Virus record (IMG/VR): IMGVR_UViG_3300035180_003568
Length of the DNA stretch: 64,000 bases
DNA from: an uncultured virus (IMG/VR IMGVR_UViG_3300035180_003568)
Lineage: Duplodnaviria; Heunggongvirae; Uroviricota; Caudoviricetes
Strand: one strand, 5' to 3'
This document shows, in pieces, positions 20,855 to 30,837 of the stretch (its first letter is position 1; each line of letters opens with the position of its first letter). A program made the position numbers and the translations under genes. A model generated the notes under the pieces. The model was not told where the DNA came from and did no database searches. It was given only the letters and a program-made list of their open reading frames with translations.

Positions 20855-22196
20855 TTATAGATTTTTGTAGTGAGGACTTGGCTTTATCAACAATCTTTTT
20901 TCTTATTCTATTTATATAGACCATTCCGCCCATCTGATAATGGGGAGGAATTCTCAAATGAGAAACCGTAACATCTAAACCTGGAGATACTCCAGACATT
21001 TTTATCTTGGAGAAAGAATACTCTTTTATAAGATGAGTAATTGGTTGCTTATTAGTATTATCTATAATAGATAATATCTTGCCAATATAACAGGGCTTGG
21101 CAATGGCTCCCTTTCTTCCACCAATATAAAACTCTTCTGTGCGATTTTTGATTTCAAGTTTCTCATTGATAATTGCATCAAATGAACTTATCCCTTGAAA
21201 TAAATCTAGATTCTCATCCAGCAACGACTCTATCCTATAGACTTTGCCGTTCTTTTTAAAAACGATCGGTAACTCGCCTTCTAATAATGAAATGTAATTT
21301 TGAAATATTTTATGCTGAAACCCACCAGACCTACTATCAAAAATTAGATAGTTAACCATTTCTTCTGGATATTTTATTAAATTATTCCTGAACGCTTGAT
21401 AAACAAGTATTTTATGTTTGATTGTAAAGTCAGAAGAGCTATAATGGATAGAGTTTGATTGGCTGTCAATAATTGACAGTATCATTTTAACTGTAGAAGC
21501 CAACTCTTGTTTTTTACTAAACAACTCAAACGAATCATCCGACTTATCAGCAATCATATCCTTTATAGTCGCCCCCTCAATTTTTGAGGTATCAAGAACT
21601 AAAGATTCTGGATTGTATTGATTGTTTGGATGGTGCATCTTCTTTAAAAGAGAAGAGCTGCCATAAAATGAACAATCAAAATATGGACACGATACATTAG
21701 TAGATCCGTCTAGTGGGGCTGGAATAAATCTTTGGCAATCATTGCAGTGATATCCAGATTTATTATGAGTGGCAAAAGTTTTGTATAATTGTATATATTT
21801 AGGATCTTTTTCTGATTTCAAAAGATCTAAACATTCGCCACATTGTAATGTTTTGTATTGGTTTAATACACTTTCTTTACCTAGAAAAAGACAACCAGGG
21901 CACAAATACTCAGTTTCTTTTTTTACTTTTATAACTGCATGCTTTTTACAATATGCATTTACAATGTAAAAAAGATATGGATATATTTCTTTTACATCTT
22001 TGTTTCCGTTAATATATGCAATGGCGCCAGTTTTCAATTCCTCTTTAAGCTCTTCTATTAAAGAACGCAAAGAAACCGTATTATCAGTTTTGTAAAACAG
22101 CTTATGTAAATAAGCAACCCCCTGCTGAGAATCAACAAGAAATTTATTCACAAGCTCTTCTATATCTAGAATATTTATCTGATCATTCATTACCAA
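20847..22196 (-). CDS. Hypothetical protein with multiple CxxC zinc ribbons
   Basis: CPGC, CGEC, CNDC, CPYFDC. Confidence 0.7.
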   Translation of the reverse strand: MVMNDQINILDIEELVNKFLVDSQQGVAYLHKLFYKTDNTVSLRSLIEELKEELKTGAIAYINGNKDVKEIYPYLFYIVNAYCKKHAVIKVKKETEYLCPGCLFLGKESVLNQYKTLQCGECLDLLKSEKDPKYIQLYKTFATHNKSGYHCNDCQRFIPAPLDGSTNVSCPYFDCSFYGSSSLLKKMHHPNNQYNPESLVLDTSKIEGATIKDMIADKSDDSFELFSKKQELASTVKMILSIIDSQSNSIHYSSSDFTIKHKILVYQAFRNNLIKYPEEMVNYLIFDSRSGGFQHKIFQNYISLLEGELPIVFKKNGKVYRIESLLDENLDLFQGISSFDAIINEKLEIKNRTEEFYIGGRKGAIAKPCYIGKILSIIDNTNKQPITHLIKEYSFSKIKMSGVSPGLDVTVSHLRIPPHYQMGGMVYINRIRKKIVDKAKSSLQKSINE

Positions 22197-23181
22197 AATA
22201 ATCGCAAACTTCTTTTGGAGTAGTATATGCTACCTGGAATCTTTCCATATAGCGGGAATTGTCTCGCAAAAACGCATCGCCTTTACCAAGGAGATTTTCA
22301 GCGCCAGAAGCATCAAGGATGACTTTAGAATCAACATGGCTGGCAACACGACAAGCGATGCGAGCCGGAAAATTAGCCTTGATAGTTCCGTTGATGACGT
22401 TTACGGAAGGTCTCTGAGTCGAGAGAATTAAATGTATTTTAGCAGCCCTACATTTTTGTGCTAAACGACATAATCTATTATAGAATAATCCATCGCTGTC
22501 TTGCATAATGAGATCGGCAAACTCATCAATAATAAAAACTACACTAGGAAGTGTTCGAGCGTCCAGCCCATTTCTAATATCCTTATATCTATCTTCCATG
22601 AGCCCAATCATCTCTCCCAATAAACTTACAGTGTCTGAATATGAATAGACTACCTGTAAGTTTGGAGATTTAATTCTTTGATCATATTCAGAGAATTCGA
22701 TATTTTTAGGATCTGAAAGAAACAAAATAACATCATTATAGTTAAATAAGTTTGCAATAATATTGTGAACCAATGTACTCTTTCCTGAGCCGGTAGTGCC
22801 CGCAATAATCATATGTGGATTTTGCGATAAATCCATCCATACTTTTTGCCCGTCGGCTCTCTGACCCAAAAGACAAGGAATGTTAACATTAGGCACGTTG
22901 TCATTAGTAAAATAATCAAACAGCTTTAGAACCTTATCACGGGGTGTAATAAATTCTAAGCGAACAACGCCCAAATTATGCAATACCTTAATGCTCGGCT
23001 TACAAGGTGACTTGATAGCCAGAGAAATTTCATCAGAAAACTTCTGGATGTCTTTAACTTTAGCGTTAGCTTTTAGTTGTAGGTCATAAAAAAAGTAGCT
23101 ATCTACTTTCTTATAATCTACACACGAAGCTTGAATGTTAAATGAATTTAGAATTGAATTGAATTGTTGAATGGTTTCCAT
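22183..23181 (-). CDS. ftsK: FtsK/SpoIIIE motor-domain protein (no TM or gamma domain)
   Basis: PHMIIAGTTGSGKS, IIDEFADL, TQRPS, GAENLLGKGD. Confidence 0.9.
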   Translation of the reverse strand: METIQQFNSILNSFNIQASCVDYKKVDSYFFYDLQLKANAKVKDIQKFSDEISLAIKSPCKPSIKVLHNLGVVRLEFITPRDKVLKLFDYFTNDNVPNVNIPCLLGQRADGQKVWMDLSQNPHMIIAGTTGSGKSTLVHNIIANLFNYNDVILFLSDPKNIEFSEYDQRIKSPNLQVVYSYSDTVSLLGEMIGLMEDRYKDIRNGLDARTLPSVVFIIDEFADLIMQDSDGLFYNRLCRLAQKCRAAKIHLILSTQRPSVNVINGTIKANFPARIACRVASHVDSKVILDASGAENLLGKGDAFLRDNSRYMERFQVAYTTPKEVCDYFGNE

Positions 23182-23193
23182 GTTCCCATATAC

Positions 23194-23221
23194 AACATAA
23201 TCACGAAATTCCTCGGCGCAA
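23194..23221 (-). promoter_or_regulatory. Sigma70-like promoter (16-nt spacer family)
   Basis: TTGCGC-N16-TATGTT upstream of ftsK. Confidence 0.45.
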
Positions 23222-23234
23222 GGCGTCAGAATTT

Positions 23235-23630
23235 TTATAAATAACGGACATTTTCCGATATTATTTTTTTAAGTTCGTCGCCATTTGGACGAACTAAACC
23301 TACCTTATGACCAACTCTAATACCTAATGATTCCGCTGTTCCGAACGGAAGTTCAATAACAAGATCACTTTCTACGTCTCCAATTACAGAGGTAGAAAAT
23401 GGTTCGCCCTTATGTATTTGTTTAACTACACCACCACAGCAAAAAATAATATCAAGTGGGCTTGGCGTATTTTTCATCCAAAATCTATTATGTTGCGGAG
23501 TCGAATACACAAAAGACATTACTGGAGGTGGCCATTCTTGGTACATTAAACCCAGAGATTGCTCTTCTTGGGAAATTGCTAGAAGGGTAGGGAAAACATT
23601 ATTGTGTATAAAAATGTATCCAGAATTCAT
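23235..23630 (-). CDS. DUF192 family protein
   Basis: GLM...FWMKNTPSPLDIIF...VIELP.G. Confidence 0.85.
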   Translation of the reverse strand: MNSGYIFIHNNVFPTLLAISQEEQSLGLMYQEWPPPVMSFVYSTPQHNRFWMKNTPSPLDIIFCCGGVVKQIHKGEPFSTSVIGDVESDLVIELPFGTAESLGIRVGHKVGLVRPNGDELKKIISENVRYL

Positions 23631-23631
23631 G

Positions 23632-25203
23632 TTACTTCTTCCTACGATGCATTTCTACAAGATCTCGCAATCTAGATTGCTCTAATCTTTTTTGTAGTAA
23701 CTCTTTCTGATCTTTTGGAAGATCAATATCGTAATCTAAAACCCTCTTACCTTCCAACAAATCAATAAATGGCTTATCAAAACGCAATCCTTTAATAGAT
23801 GTTAGAAGCGGAGAAATAATATTTTTTATTGACTCACATTCGGACTTAAATTGAGTAATTTCTTTTTCAAGAAAATCTGTTTTAATATCCTCTTCCAAGG
23901 AATCTGCCATCAATTCTGCCCTATCCTTAAGCCTTTCAAGGATGTCTAATATATCATGTCTCTTTGCCGTAGTTTCATCAGAAGCCAAGAAATGTCTTAA
24001 TTGACCGATCCACTTTTTTAAAGTGCGCTGAGCGTACTTATTCATTTTATCAGTGGATGTTGCAGCTTCTGCTTTTCTATTTTTTTTCAATTCTTCAAAA
24101 GAAGAACCTTCAACCTGAAGTTTGGACTTCAAATCCAGCAATAACATATTGTACGTATTAACAATATTTGTTAATAAAACAGGATTAACTCTATTGAGTT
24201 TTTCAGAAATTCCGAACTCAATAGCGAGTCCTTTCATTTTCACAAACAAAGCATGATCGAAATTAGTGAAATTATATCTATTTTTATTAAAATCTCTAAC
24301 TAGAGACGCTACATAATCCATGGAATGCCCAGCAGCCGGAGCAGCAGGAGCTGCAGCAGGAGCAGCAGCAGGAGCAGGACCCTCTTGTGCGGCGGGGGGC
24401 GCTGCTAAAGGAGTAGGTTCTGAAGTTTCTGTCATCGGGGTAGTTTTACGTCTCTGTGTAATTGGTTCCCCTTTTTCTGAAGGTGGAGCGGTCGTTTCCT
24501 CGTCAGGTTTCTTTTTAGAGTCTTCAAAAGTTTGTTGGAGAATAGCTTCAGGTCTTGGTCCCGCCATATAAATGGCGAAATCAGATTCTAACTTTTTAAT
24601 ATCATCTTCTAAAGCAAAGAAAATCTGCCCGGACCTAAAAAGAGATTGTGGACTCTTGCCCATTATCTCGGCTTCTAATAATTCTAATTTTTTAGAAATC
24701 TTAACAACCAAATCAAGCATAGATAATCTATAGCGGCGGGCTCTTCTTTCCGGGCTTTTCCCAAACCAAGGACCTTTCATTTTGGAAAGGAATCTAGATA
24801 CGGGGGAAGTTCCCTCTACAATTAAATCATAATTTGAACTTGCTAATTGCTCTTTTAATGTAGGAGCCGTAGTTGGTGAAATAACTGGAATTGTGCTAGG
24901 AGCTTTCTTTTTACGTCTTGTTTTGGAATAAGATAGCTGTTCTGAAATTATAGAATTACCTTTAACTGCAATATCCCTATATGTTTCAGCCAAACCAGCT
25001 ATAATTTCAGCTGTGTTAGCAGGTAAAGGATCTTGAATTAGAGACTTTTCCATATGAAATTTTGACGGAAAGCCATTAATCATTTTTTTCAAATGTTTGA
25101 TTCCATCAATAAATTCAGATACTTCTTTGTTCCATTCGTCCTTGTCCTGTCTCAATTTTTCTTGCACAGGATCATTAGAACGCTTTCTAGCTTCTTTTTC
25201 CAT
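23632..25203 (-). CDS. Large hypothetical protein with Pro/Ala-rich linker, possibly virion-internal
   Basis: 523-aa ORF with PAAAP low-complexity segment. Confidence 0.65.
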   Translation of the reverse strand: MEKEARKRSNDPVQEKLRQDKDEWNKEVSEFIDGIKHLKKMINGFPSKFHMEKSLIQDPLPANTAEIIAGLAETYRDIAVKGNSIISEQLSYSKTRRKKKAPSTIPVISPTTAPTLKEQLASSNYDLIVEGTSPVSRFLSKMKGPWFGKSPERRARRYRLSMLDLVVKISKKLELLEAEIMGKSPQSLFRSGQIFFALEDDIKKLESDFAIYMAGPRPEAILQQTFEDSKKKPDEETTAPPSEKGEPITQRRKTTPMTETSEPTPLAAPPAAQEGPAPAAAPAAAPAAPAAGHSMDYVASLVRDFNKNRYNFTNFDHALFVKMKGLAIEFGISEKLNRVNPVLLTNIVNTYNMLLLDLKSKLQVEGSSFEELKKNRKAEAATSTDKMNKYAQRTLKKWIGQLRHFLASDETTAKRHDILDILERLKDRAELMADSLEEDIKTDFLEKEITQFKSECESIKNIISPLLTSIKGLRFDKPFIDLLEGKRVLDYDIDLPKDQKELLQKRLEQSRLRDLVEMHRRKK

Positions 25204-25241
25204 ACAGTTATGCTAATTATTTAGTAGCAAATAAAACAAAA

Positions 25242-25273
25242 ATGGGGAGGTGACTACCACATCACCTCCCCAT
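25242..25273 (-). terminator. Intrinsic terminator after clpP pair
   Basis: 12-bp perfect stem ATGGGGAGGTGA/TCACCTCCCCAT followed by TTTTGTTTT on minus strand. Confidence 0.85.
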
Positions 25274-25288
25274 ACTCCACAAAACAGA

Positions 25289-25879
25289 TTAACCAATAAT
25301 TTTATCGATTAATCCATATTCCAACGCTTGTTTGGCATCCATCCATACATCCTGCTTACAATCTTCTTTTACTTTCTCTAAAGTATGCCCCGTATGTTTC
25401 GCTAAAATTTTCATGATATTATCATTATTTTCTTTAATGAAATCATAATAATTCTTACTATTAATAAGATCTGTTCCGGGAATTGGAAACATAAATTGAA
25501 TTCCATGAATCATTATTTTAGAACTTTTTAAGGCGCATCTTTCTCCATGAGACCCAGATGCTAGAATAACTGCTCCGGCGGAATAGCATTTGCCAAGACA
25601 AATTGTCTTGACGGGGGCGCTTATCATTTGCATGACATCGTATATATTTGCTAATGCATAAGCGTCTCCACCATTAGAATTTACGTATAAAGTAATTGGA
25701 GACTCATGATCTTCATTATCATAATACAACAATAATGCTGATAACTCCGTGGCAGTGTCCTTAGTAACATCTTCTGATAAAAAGATTGCTCGATCTTTCG
25801 AGCATTTTACATAAGTTTCGGCATACCGAGCCAATTTTTGAAAAGATGTAACATCATGACTTAATCGATTTTTCATCAT
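25289..25879 (-). CDS. clpP: ClpP protease subunit (catalytic residues present)
   Basis: YVNSNGG, GKCYSAG (Ser), IMIHG (His), D in QDVWMDA, YGLIDKI. Confidence 0.9.
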   Translation of the reverse strand: MMKNRLSHDVTSFQKLARYAETYVKCSKDRAIFLSEDVTKDTATELSALLLYYDNEDHESPITLYVNSNGGDAYALANIYDVMQMISAPVKTICLGKCYSAGAVILASGSHGERCALKSSKIMIHGIQFMFPIPGTDLINSKNYYDFIKENNDNIMKILAKHTGHTLEKVKEDCKQDVWMDAKQALEYGLIDKIIG

Positions 25880-26466
25880 TTTCCCTTGCTGAAAGTAACG
25901 ACACGATCAATGATACCATATCTCACTGCTTGTGCAGCATTCATAAATACTCTTCTTTCAAAATCATCCATAACATTTTTTATGGTCTTTTTAGATGCTT
26001 TGGCAATGATTTCCATCATTCTTTTATTGTCTGAAGTAAATTGATCTAAGAGTTTCTTAGCGTCTGTTAAATTGGTATGTGTATACCAATCGTGAGACAA
26101 TTGACTTACCGCAATAACAGAATTTTTAGTCGCAAATCGGTTGCCAGGAGTCCCGCCCGCCAAAATAATTGCCGCTTCATCCATCGCGCTACCAATACAT
26201 ACGGTTTCTATAGGTGCGGAAATAATGCTCATTATATCATAGATCATAAGTGCATTTCTAATGTCTCCACCGCTAGAATTGATGAATAATGTTATTTTCT
26301 TGGAGGGGTCTTCTGAGTCTTTTAGCAAAAGACTTGCAACCAAATAAGTTGCAAGATCATCGCTGATCCTATCAGATACGAATAGGATTCTATCATCAGA
26401 CAGTTTCTGATAAACGTCAACTGGAATATCGCCGCGTTCTGTTGTTTCCATGACTAATGTGTTCAA
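25876..26466 (-). CDS. ClpP paralog lacking catalytic Ser/His (ClpR-like)
   Basis: DRILF, FINSSGG, YGIIDRV present; GSAMDEAA and IAVSQL replace the Ser and His motifs. Confidence 0.85.
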   Translation of the reverse strand: MNTLVMETTERGDIPVDVYQKLSDDRILFVSDRISDDLATYLVASLLLKDSEDPSKKITLFINSSGGDIRNALMIYDIMSIISAPIETVCIGSAMDEAAIILAGGTPGNRFATKNSVIAVSQLSHDWYTHTNLTDAKKLLDQFTSDNKRMMEIIAKASKKTIKNVMDDFERRVFMNAAQAVRYGIIDRVVTFSKGK

Positions 26467-26468
26467 AA

Positions 26469-26819
26469 TTATGACCTCTTCTTCTGACGAGCTTCAAACT
26501 CTCTCTCTTCTGCACAAGAGACACAGGTTAAGAAATATGGATTAACCGCTAATCTCTTTTCCGGAATTGGCTCCTCGCAGTCTTCACATATGCCGTATGT
26601 TGATTCGGAAATTCTTTTTAATGCGCTATCAATTTCTGCTAATTTGATAAAATCACGGGTCCCTAATTGATTATGCATTTCAATTAATTGATTGGCTTGA
26701 ATCTCATCGGTTTCGTCACCATCCGAGTCTATATCATGCTCCTGACGACTCTTGACTAAGATAGCAGATTTCTGCGCCATCAATGTTTCTTTCATCTTCT
26801 CAATAAATACCTTATTCAT
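26469..26819 (-). CDS. dksA: DksA/TraR family C4 zinc-finger protein
   Basis: DETD coiled-coil tip, ALKRI..TYGICEDCEEPIPEKRL...CVSC. Confidence 0.9.
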   Translation of the reverse strand: MNKVFIEKMKETLMAQKSAILVKSRQEHDIDSDGDETDEIQANQLIEMHNQLGTRDFIKLAEIDSALKRISESTYGICEDCEEPIPEKRLAVNPYFLTCVSCAEEREFEARQKKRS

Positions 26820-27192
26820 TTACAAACCTCAAATTACTAATAGGAACAGTTATTGTGCCCTTGGGCATTGGAATCTTTTTCCCGTCGGCACGCTTAAGAA
26901 ATACTAAATATGCATAGTTATTCGGCTCTTCCAAAGTAAAAGCATCTACTACCCATTCGTTGTAAATAGCTCTCTTGGGAAGTCCATAAATTTTTAATGA
27001 TCTATTTGTCTCAAGTTCTTGAGTGCGTTTTTTGTAAAACGGACCTAATACTTCCTGTGGTCGCATCTCAAACTCTTTTGAGAAAAGATCTGCAGCCTCA
27101 TTTGGAGAGGCTGCTGGTAAAATCTTGTTAGTCAACATTCCTTTAACGATCGCGCTACAAACGTACACGATCTCGCGGGCACCTTTTCTCAT
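26812..27192 (-). CDS. Hypothetical protein
   Basis: Tightly packed ORF. Confidence 0.6.
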   Translation of the reverse strand: MRKGAREIVYVCSAIVKGMLTNKILPAASPNEAADLFSKEFEMRPQEVLGPFYKKRTQELETNRSLKIYGLPKRAIYNEWVVDAFTLEEPNNYAYLVFLKRADGKKIPMPKGTITVPISNLRFVNE

Positions 27193-27531
27193 TTAATCAT
27201 CCCCAAACGTCCTGTCAATGTCTAGTTTTTTTACGAAATTTTTTCGGAATTTAGGAGAAAGAACGAATTTCAAAACTTTGCTTCCAGAAGAAAGCATTAT
27301 TTTTTGGAATCTAAAATCAAAATACGATCTAGGTTTAGTGTTTTGTAAGAAGATAGTTCCGAGATTAAATATAGAAATCTCTTTGCCAGCTTTTAAATCC
27401 GAAATCATTTCATCAAACAAAATATTGATTACACTAATAACATGCCACGCCTGAATACTCCTATTAAGCTTCTTATTAACATATTTCCAGAAAGTTCTTT
27501 TATCAATATTGGATGGTATCTTATCGCTCAT
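27193..27531 (-). CDS. HU/IHF-family DNA-binding protein
   Basis: GKEISIFNLGTIFL...KPR...LKFVLSPKFR. Confidence 0.75.
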   Translation of the reverse strand: MSDKIPSNIDKRTFWKYVNKKLNRSIQAWHVISVINILFDEMISDLKAGKEISIFNLGTIFLQNTKPRSYFDFRFQKIMLSSGSKVLKFVLSPKFRKNFVKKLDIDRTFGDD

Positions 27532-27992
27532 GATTCTCGCAACACTATTTTAACATACGTTTCGTAAAAATCTCCCTTACTCAGTATGTCACCAACTCTA
27601 TGTATGATTTTATTTTCCAACAATTGCTTTATTGAATATGTAACGTCCAATTTAGAAAAACTACCAGTATATAGTTCCGAAAGCACAATTGGACTTTCCT
27701 TTATTTTATCACAAATAAATTTACAAATATTCTGATTCGGGATTTCGAACAAAGGCAAAAGTTTCGCATCTTCAGTTTTCATAACGCTTTTTGGTTTATC
27801 AAAATTATGAATTACATCTAATAGTTTTGATCTAATAATTTTCAGTCTTTCAGCCTCAATAATTTTATCATCAATAGATTTTATTTGAAATCTAGCCTCT
27901 TCAACTATTTGTTCCGTAGTATTTTTGTTTCTAGAAACACATTCACTAATAAAAGAACTTAAAAATTCTGAATCTATTCTTTTACCTTTCAT
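27528..27992 (-). CDS. Hypothetical protein (possible C-terminal winged helix)
   Basis: Tightly packed ORF. Confidence 0.55.
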   Translation of the reverse strand: MKGKRIDSEFLSSFISECVSRNKNTTEQIVEEARFQIKSIDDKIIEAERLKIIRSKLLDVIHNFDKPKSVMKTEDAKLLPLFEIPNQNICKFICDKIKESPIVLSELYTGSFSKLDVTYSIKQLLENKIIHRVGDILSKGDFYETYVKIVLRES

Positions 27993-28506
27993 TAGCAGCC
28001 TCTTGATAAGAGTCGTAATGTTTAATAAAAGATTTTAGAAGTTCAAATTGCTGTTTTGAATTTTTCATCTTATGAAATGGCAATCCAGACTCTCTAAGTT
28101 GTTCCATAGCGGCAAGAAATGTCGCCTCAAGATATGTGGTACATATCATCCAATTATTATTGTCTGTCGTACAACATATCATGGCGGTATTGTCGACGAC
28201 ATCCAAGAAGATGGCATATGCTGGAGCATCCTGCATCTGTACCACTGCACAATAGCTGTTTTGATTGTCGTAACCAATATCTCCTAATATAATAGAAATA
28301 GTTTTCCCACTAACAGTTAATTCGCATCCCCAAACGTTTTTCTTCACCTCCTTACCAAAATCATCTTCGAACACTAATGTCTGGTCGATCAGAAATTCAT
28401 CTGTATTGAGAGAATTATAAGCTTGCGAATCAAAAAATACCGATTTTATCACCCCAAAATTAGATAATATATATTTGCATATTGCGGTAGTTAACTGTAA
28501 CTTCAT
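27982..28506 (-). CDS. Hypothetical protein
   Basis: Tightly packed ORF. Confidence 0.6.
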   Translation of the reverse strand: MKLQLTTAICKYILSNFGVIKSVFFDSQAYNSLNTDEFLIDQTLVFEDDFGKEVKKNVWGCELTVSGKTISIILGDIGYDNQNSYCAVVQMQDAPAYAIFLDVVDNTAMICCTTDNNNWMICTTYLEATFLAAMEQLRESGLPFHKMKNSKQQFELLKSFIKHYDSYQEAANER

Positions 28507-28835
28507 TTGTTTCTCACAATATTTGAAAGCTGACCTAATATTGATCTAAGATCTGGAAGCGCTGCATCTAATGGTGGTAACTCTTTTTGCTTATCAGCAA
28601 TTACAGATTCAAATGTAAAAATATCTCCATTTTGTCTTCGACGAGCCAATTCTTCCATGCATAATACTGCAACTTCTTCATTGAAGTTTAAATATCGATT
28701 TGAAACAACAATCTCACAGAGTTTGTCCGAAGAAAACTCTGTAATATTTTTCTTAACCTTTTCTAAGTCAAGAACGAGCCCTTCTGAAAGGTCATCACCA
28801 TAATCATCTTTTAATAAATCATCAAGTTCGCTCAT
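28503..28835 (-). CDS. Hypothetical protein
   Basis: Tightly packed ORF. Confidence 0.6.
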   Translation of the reverse strand: MSELDDLLKDDYGDDLSEGLVLDLEKVKKNITEFSSDKLCEIVVSNRYLNFNEEVAVLCMEELARRRQNGDIFTFESVIADKQKELPPLDAALPDLRSILGQLSNIVRNK

Positions 28836-29178
28836 TATTTTTCACCATTGTTGGAGGTGTCGAAATCTTCGCCTTAAGCGAAGGAAATATATGACCGCCT
28901 TTCCGGTGGTCAAAAACAAATAATTTTGTGTCAAAAAATAACTTATTAAAATTGAGAATTTTTCCGAGCACGAGTAGATCTCGAAAACTTTGAAAAACAG
29001 CGCGTATGATAAGGCTAATTTGAGTTTTATCCAAGAACGGATATCTTCTATGAACTCTATCTACTAAATCTTCATTATACTTTAAGTTAACTGGTATAGA
29101 AGAATTTAACTCATCTACTACTTGTTGATGAGTCTTATCTTGAAAGTAATACTGTCTGGTAGTTTTTTCTTTTTTCAT
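28822..29178 (-). CDS. Divergent HU/IHF-like protein
   Basis: EDLVDRVHRRYPFLDKTQISLIIRAVFQSFRDLLVLG resembles the IHF-beta N-terminal helices. Confidence 0.5.
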   Translation of the reverse strand: MKKEKTTRQYYFQDKTHQQVVDELNSSIPVNLKYNEDLVDRVHRRYPFLDKTQISLIIRAVFQSFRDLLVLGKILNFNKLFFDTKLFVFDHRKGGHIFPSLKAKISTPPTMVKNNERT

Positions 29179-29369
29179 GGCTGGCGGTCTATAATACCCA
29201 CTCCCCCTATATATCCCCCTCTGCTTTTGTCGAGAGAGACCTCAAAAATTAAATTAATAACCTGCCAATATTTGGAAATTTAGGGCAGGTTATAGTGTAG
29301 GTGCGGATTTGTGAGTCAAATGTCAATAAAAACGTATTATGGTAAATTGTATCAACCCGAGAGTTAATA

Positions 29370-29813
29370 ATGGATAAATGCTGTAAAGTTGCCGCACTGT
29401 ACATTGCTTCATTAAAAGCAATGTCGATCATTCACCAACATAATCACTGGACCGCAAAAGGAAGTGATTCCTATGGTGGTCATTTATTGTTTGAAAGGCT
29501 CTATGATTCTGTATTAGAAAATCTAGATACTGCTGCAGAAAAATTCATGGGAATATTCGGAGCCGAATGTTTAGATTATACCTTTCAGGTCGAATTGCTA
29601 AACAAAGTTCTACTAAAATATAAAGCTTTGGTCGGCACGCCCGCTGAGATGTCCCTCAGTGTCGAGAAAGATTTTATTAAGTTCTCCCAGGATGCGTATA
29701 AGTGCTTTGAAGACGAGGGTAAGATGACGCTTGGCTTGGACGACATGATTATGTCCATTTCGGGCAAGAGAGAAGAAGCCGTTTATTTACTTCAACAAAC
29801 TTTACAAGGATAA
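29370..29813 (+). CDS. Dps/ferritin-like protein
   Basis: HQHNHWTAKG...HLLFERLY...DTAAE ferroxidase-type motifs. Confidence 0.75.
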   Translation: MDKCCKVAALYIASLKAMSIIHQHNHWTAKGSDSYGGHLLFERLYDSVLENLDTAAEKFMGIFGAECLDYTFQVELLNKVLLKYKALVGTPAEMSLSVEKDFIKFSQDAYKCFEDEGKMTLGLDDMIMSISGKREEAVYLLQQTLQG

Positions 29814-29815
29814 TC

Positions 29816-30226
29816 ATGGACAAAGAAATCATCAAAAAATTAGCCGAGCTTGTTTTCAAGCAGCAAAAAATCATCAATAAATTAGCCCAAGCACAATCTT
29901 CACCCAAAGAAGTATTAAATCAGCTTGCCGGCGCGGCAGCCGGTCCCGTAACCGTCTGGTTACAGGAACACAACTACCAAACCTCTAATATAAAAGTTAT
30001 ATTTACTGGAGTTTCAGTAGATGACTTGGGTAATGGTAAATATGGTTTTGATATTAGCGGAATAAATGTTGTTGGTCCAAGCGAAGCTCAAAAAGCGGTG
30101 GAAGCAGATAAGGCAAATCTTATGACCAAGATGATTGAGGCTATAAATCTAGCCGTTAAAAACGAGCCATTAGTTGGAACGAAAGCAACATTTAATCCGC
30201 CAAGTTTTACATATACAGGACTATGA
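29816..30226 (+). CDS. Hypothetical protein
   Basis: ORF directly after the ferritin-like gene with AGGA SD. Confidence 0.6.
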   Translation: MDKEIIKKLAELVFKQQKIINKLAQAQSSPKEVLNQLAGAAAGPVTVWLQEHNYQTSNIKVIFTGVSVDDLGNGKYGFDISGINVVGPSEAQKAVEADKANLMTKMIEAINLAVKNEPLVGTKATFNPPSFTYTGL

Positions 30227-30499
30227 TTTTGTTTTCAGCGCCTCTAATAAGGCATTAAAAACATCAATATTATCCTTAATGGATATGTTAGTTAGAAAGA
30301 ATAAAATCTCGCCCATAATGCGAGATTTTGCTTTTTGCAAATCTTCAATAGGTAGATTGATTTTGTTTGATGATAAAGATTGATAAAGACCAAGTTTTAG
30401 AATTAATTCGTCCATATCAATGGGGGCGGCAAAGCCTTCCGATTTTTGATGGAAGGCTTCGCACATTTCCCACAAATTTTCAAAATGAGTTTTACTCAT
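30221..30499 (-). CDS. Hypothetical protein (possible MazG-like fold)
   Basis: GEILFFLTNI...DNID resembles a MazG helix. Confidence 0.45.
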   Translation of the reverse strand: MSKTHFENLWEMCEAFHQKSEGFAAPIDMDELILKLGLYQSLSSNKINLPIEDLQKAKSRIMGEILFFLTNISIKDNIDVFNALLEALKTKS

Positions 30500-30686
30500 C
30501 CAAATCCTTTTTGTCCATCATAGCGATTTGTAATTGTTCGCCGCCCTTATCAGAAACGAAAATAAGAAAAACGGCACCTTTTGATAAGTCAATCACAGCC
30601 GGAGCTTTGATTTTCCCAACATAAAAAATTTCGCCGTCAACGTCTTTACGGGCTTTTAAATCAATCGTTAAATTAGTATTAGACAT
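30492..30686 (-). CDS. Hypothetical protein
   Basis: ORF with GGAG SD. Confidence 0.6.
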   Translation of the reverse strand: MSNTNLTIDLKARKDVDGEIFYVGKIKAPAVIDLSKGAVFLIFVSDKGGEQLQIAMMDKKDLDE

Positions 30687-30764
30687 TTAATCTCCAAATA
30701 TAAATCCGGCGCATTTTGACGCCGATCAATCCGTAAGATCTATATCATGTCTTAATAAAATTTG

Positions 30765-30836
30765 TATCCCAGATAGGACTCGAACCTACATAATCCGGTT
30801 TAGGAAACTGGCGCCCTTCCATTGGACCACTGGGAC
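30765..30836 (-). tRNA. tRNA-Arg (CCT)
   Basis: Cloverleaf GTCCCAG/CTGGGAT, anticodon loop TTCCTAA, GTTCGAG T-loop. Confidence 0.88.
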
Positions 30837-30837
30837 A

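Noticed and set aside
24320..24571. Plus-strand Ala/Gly-rich ORF and GCAGCA repeats
   Set aside because: Antisense shadow of the PAAAP linker in the 523-aa minus-strand gene.
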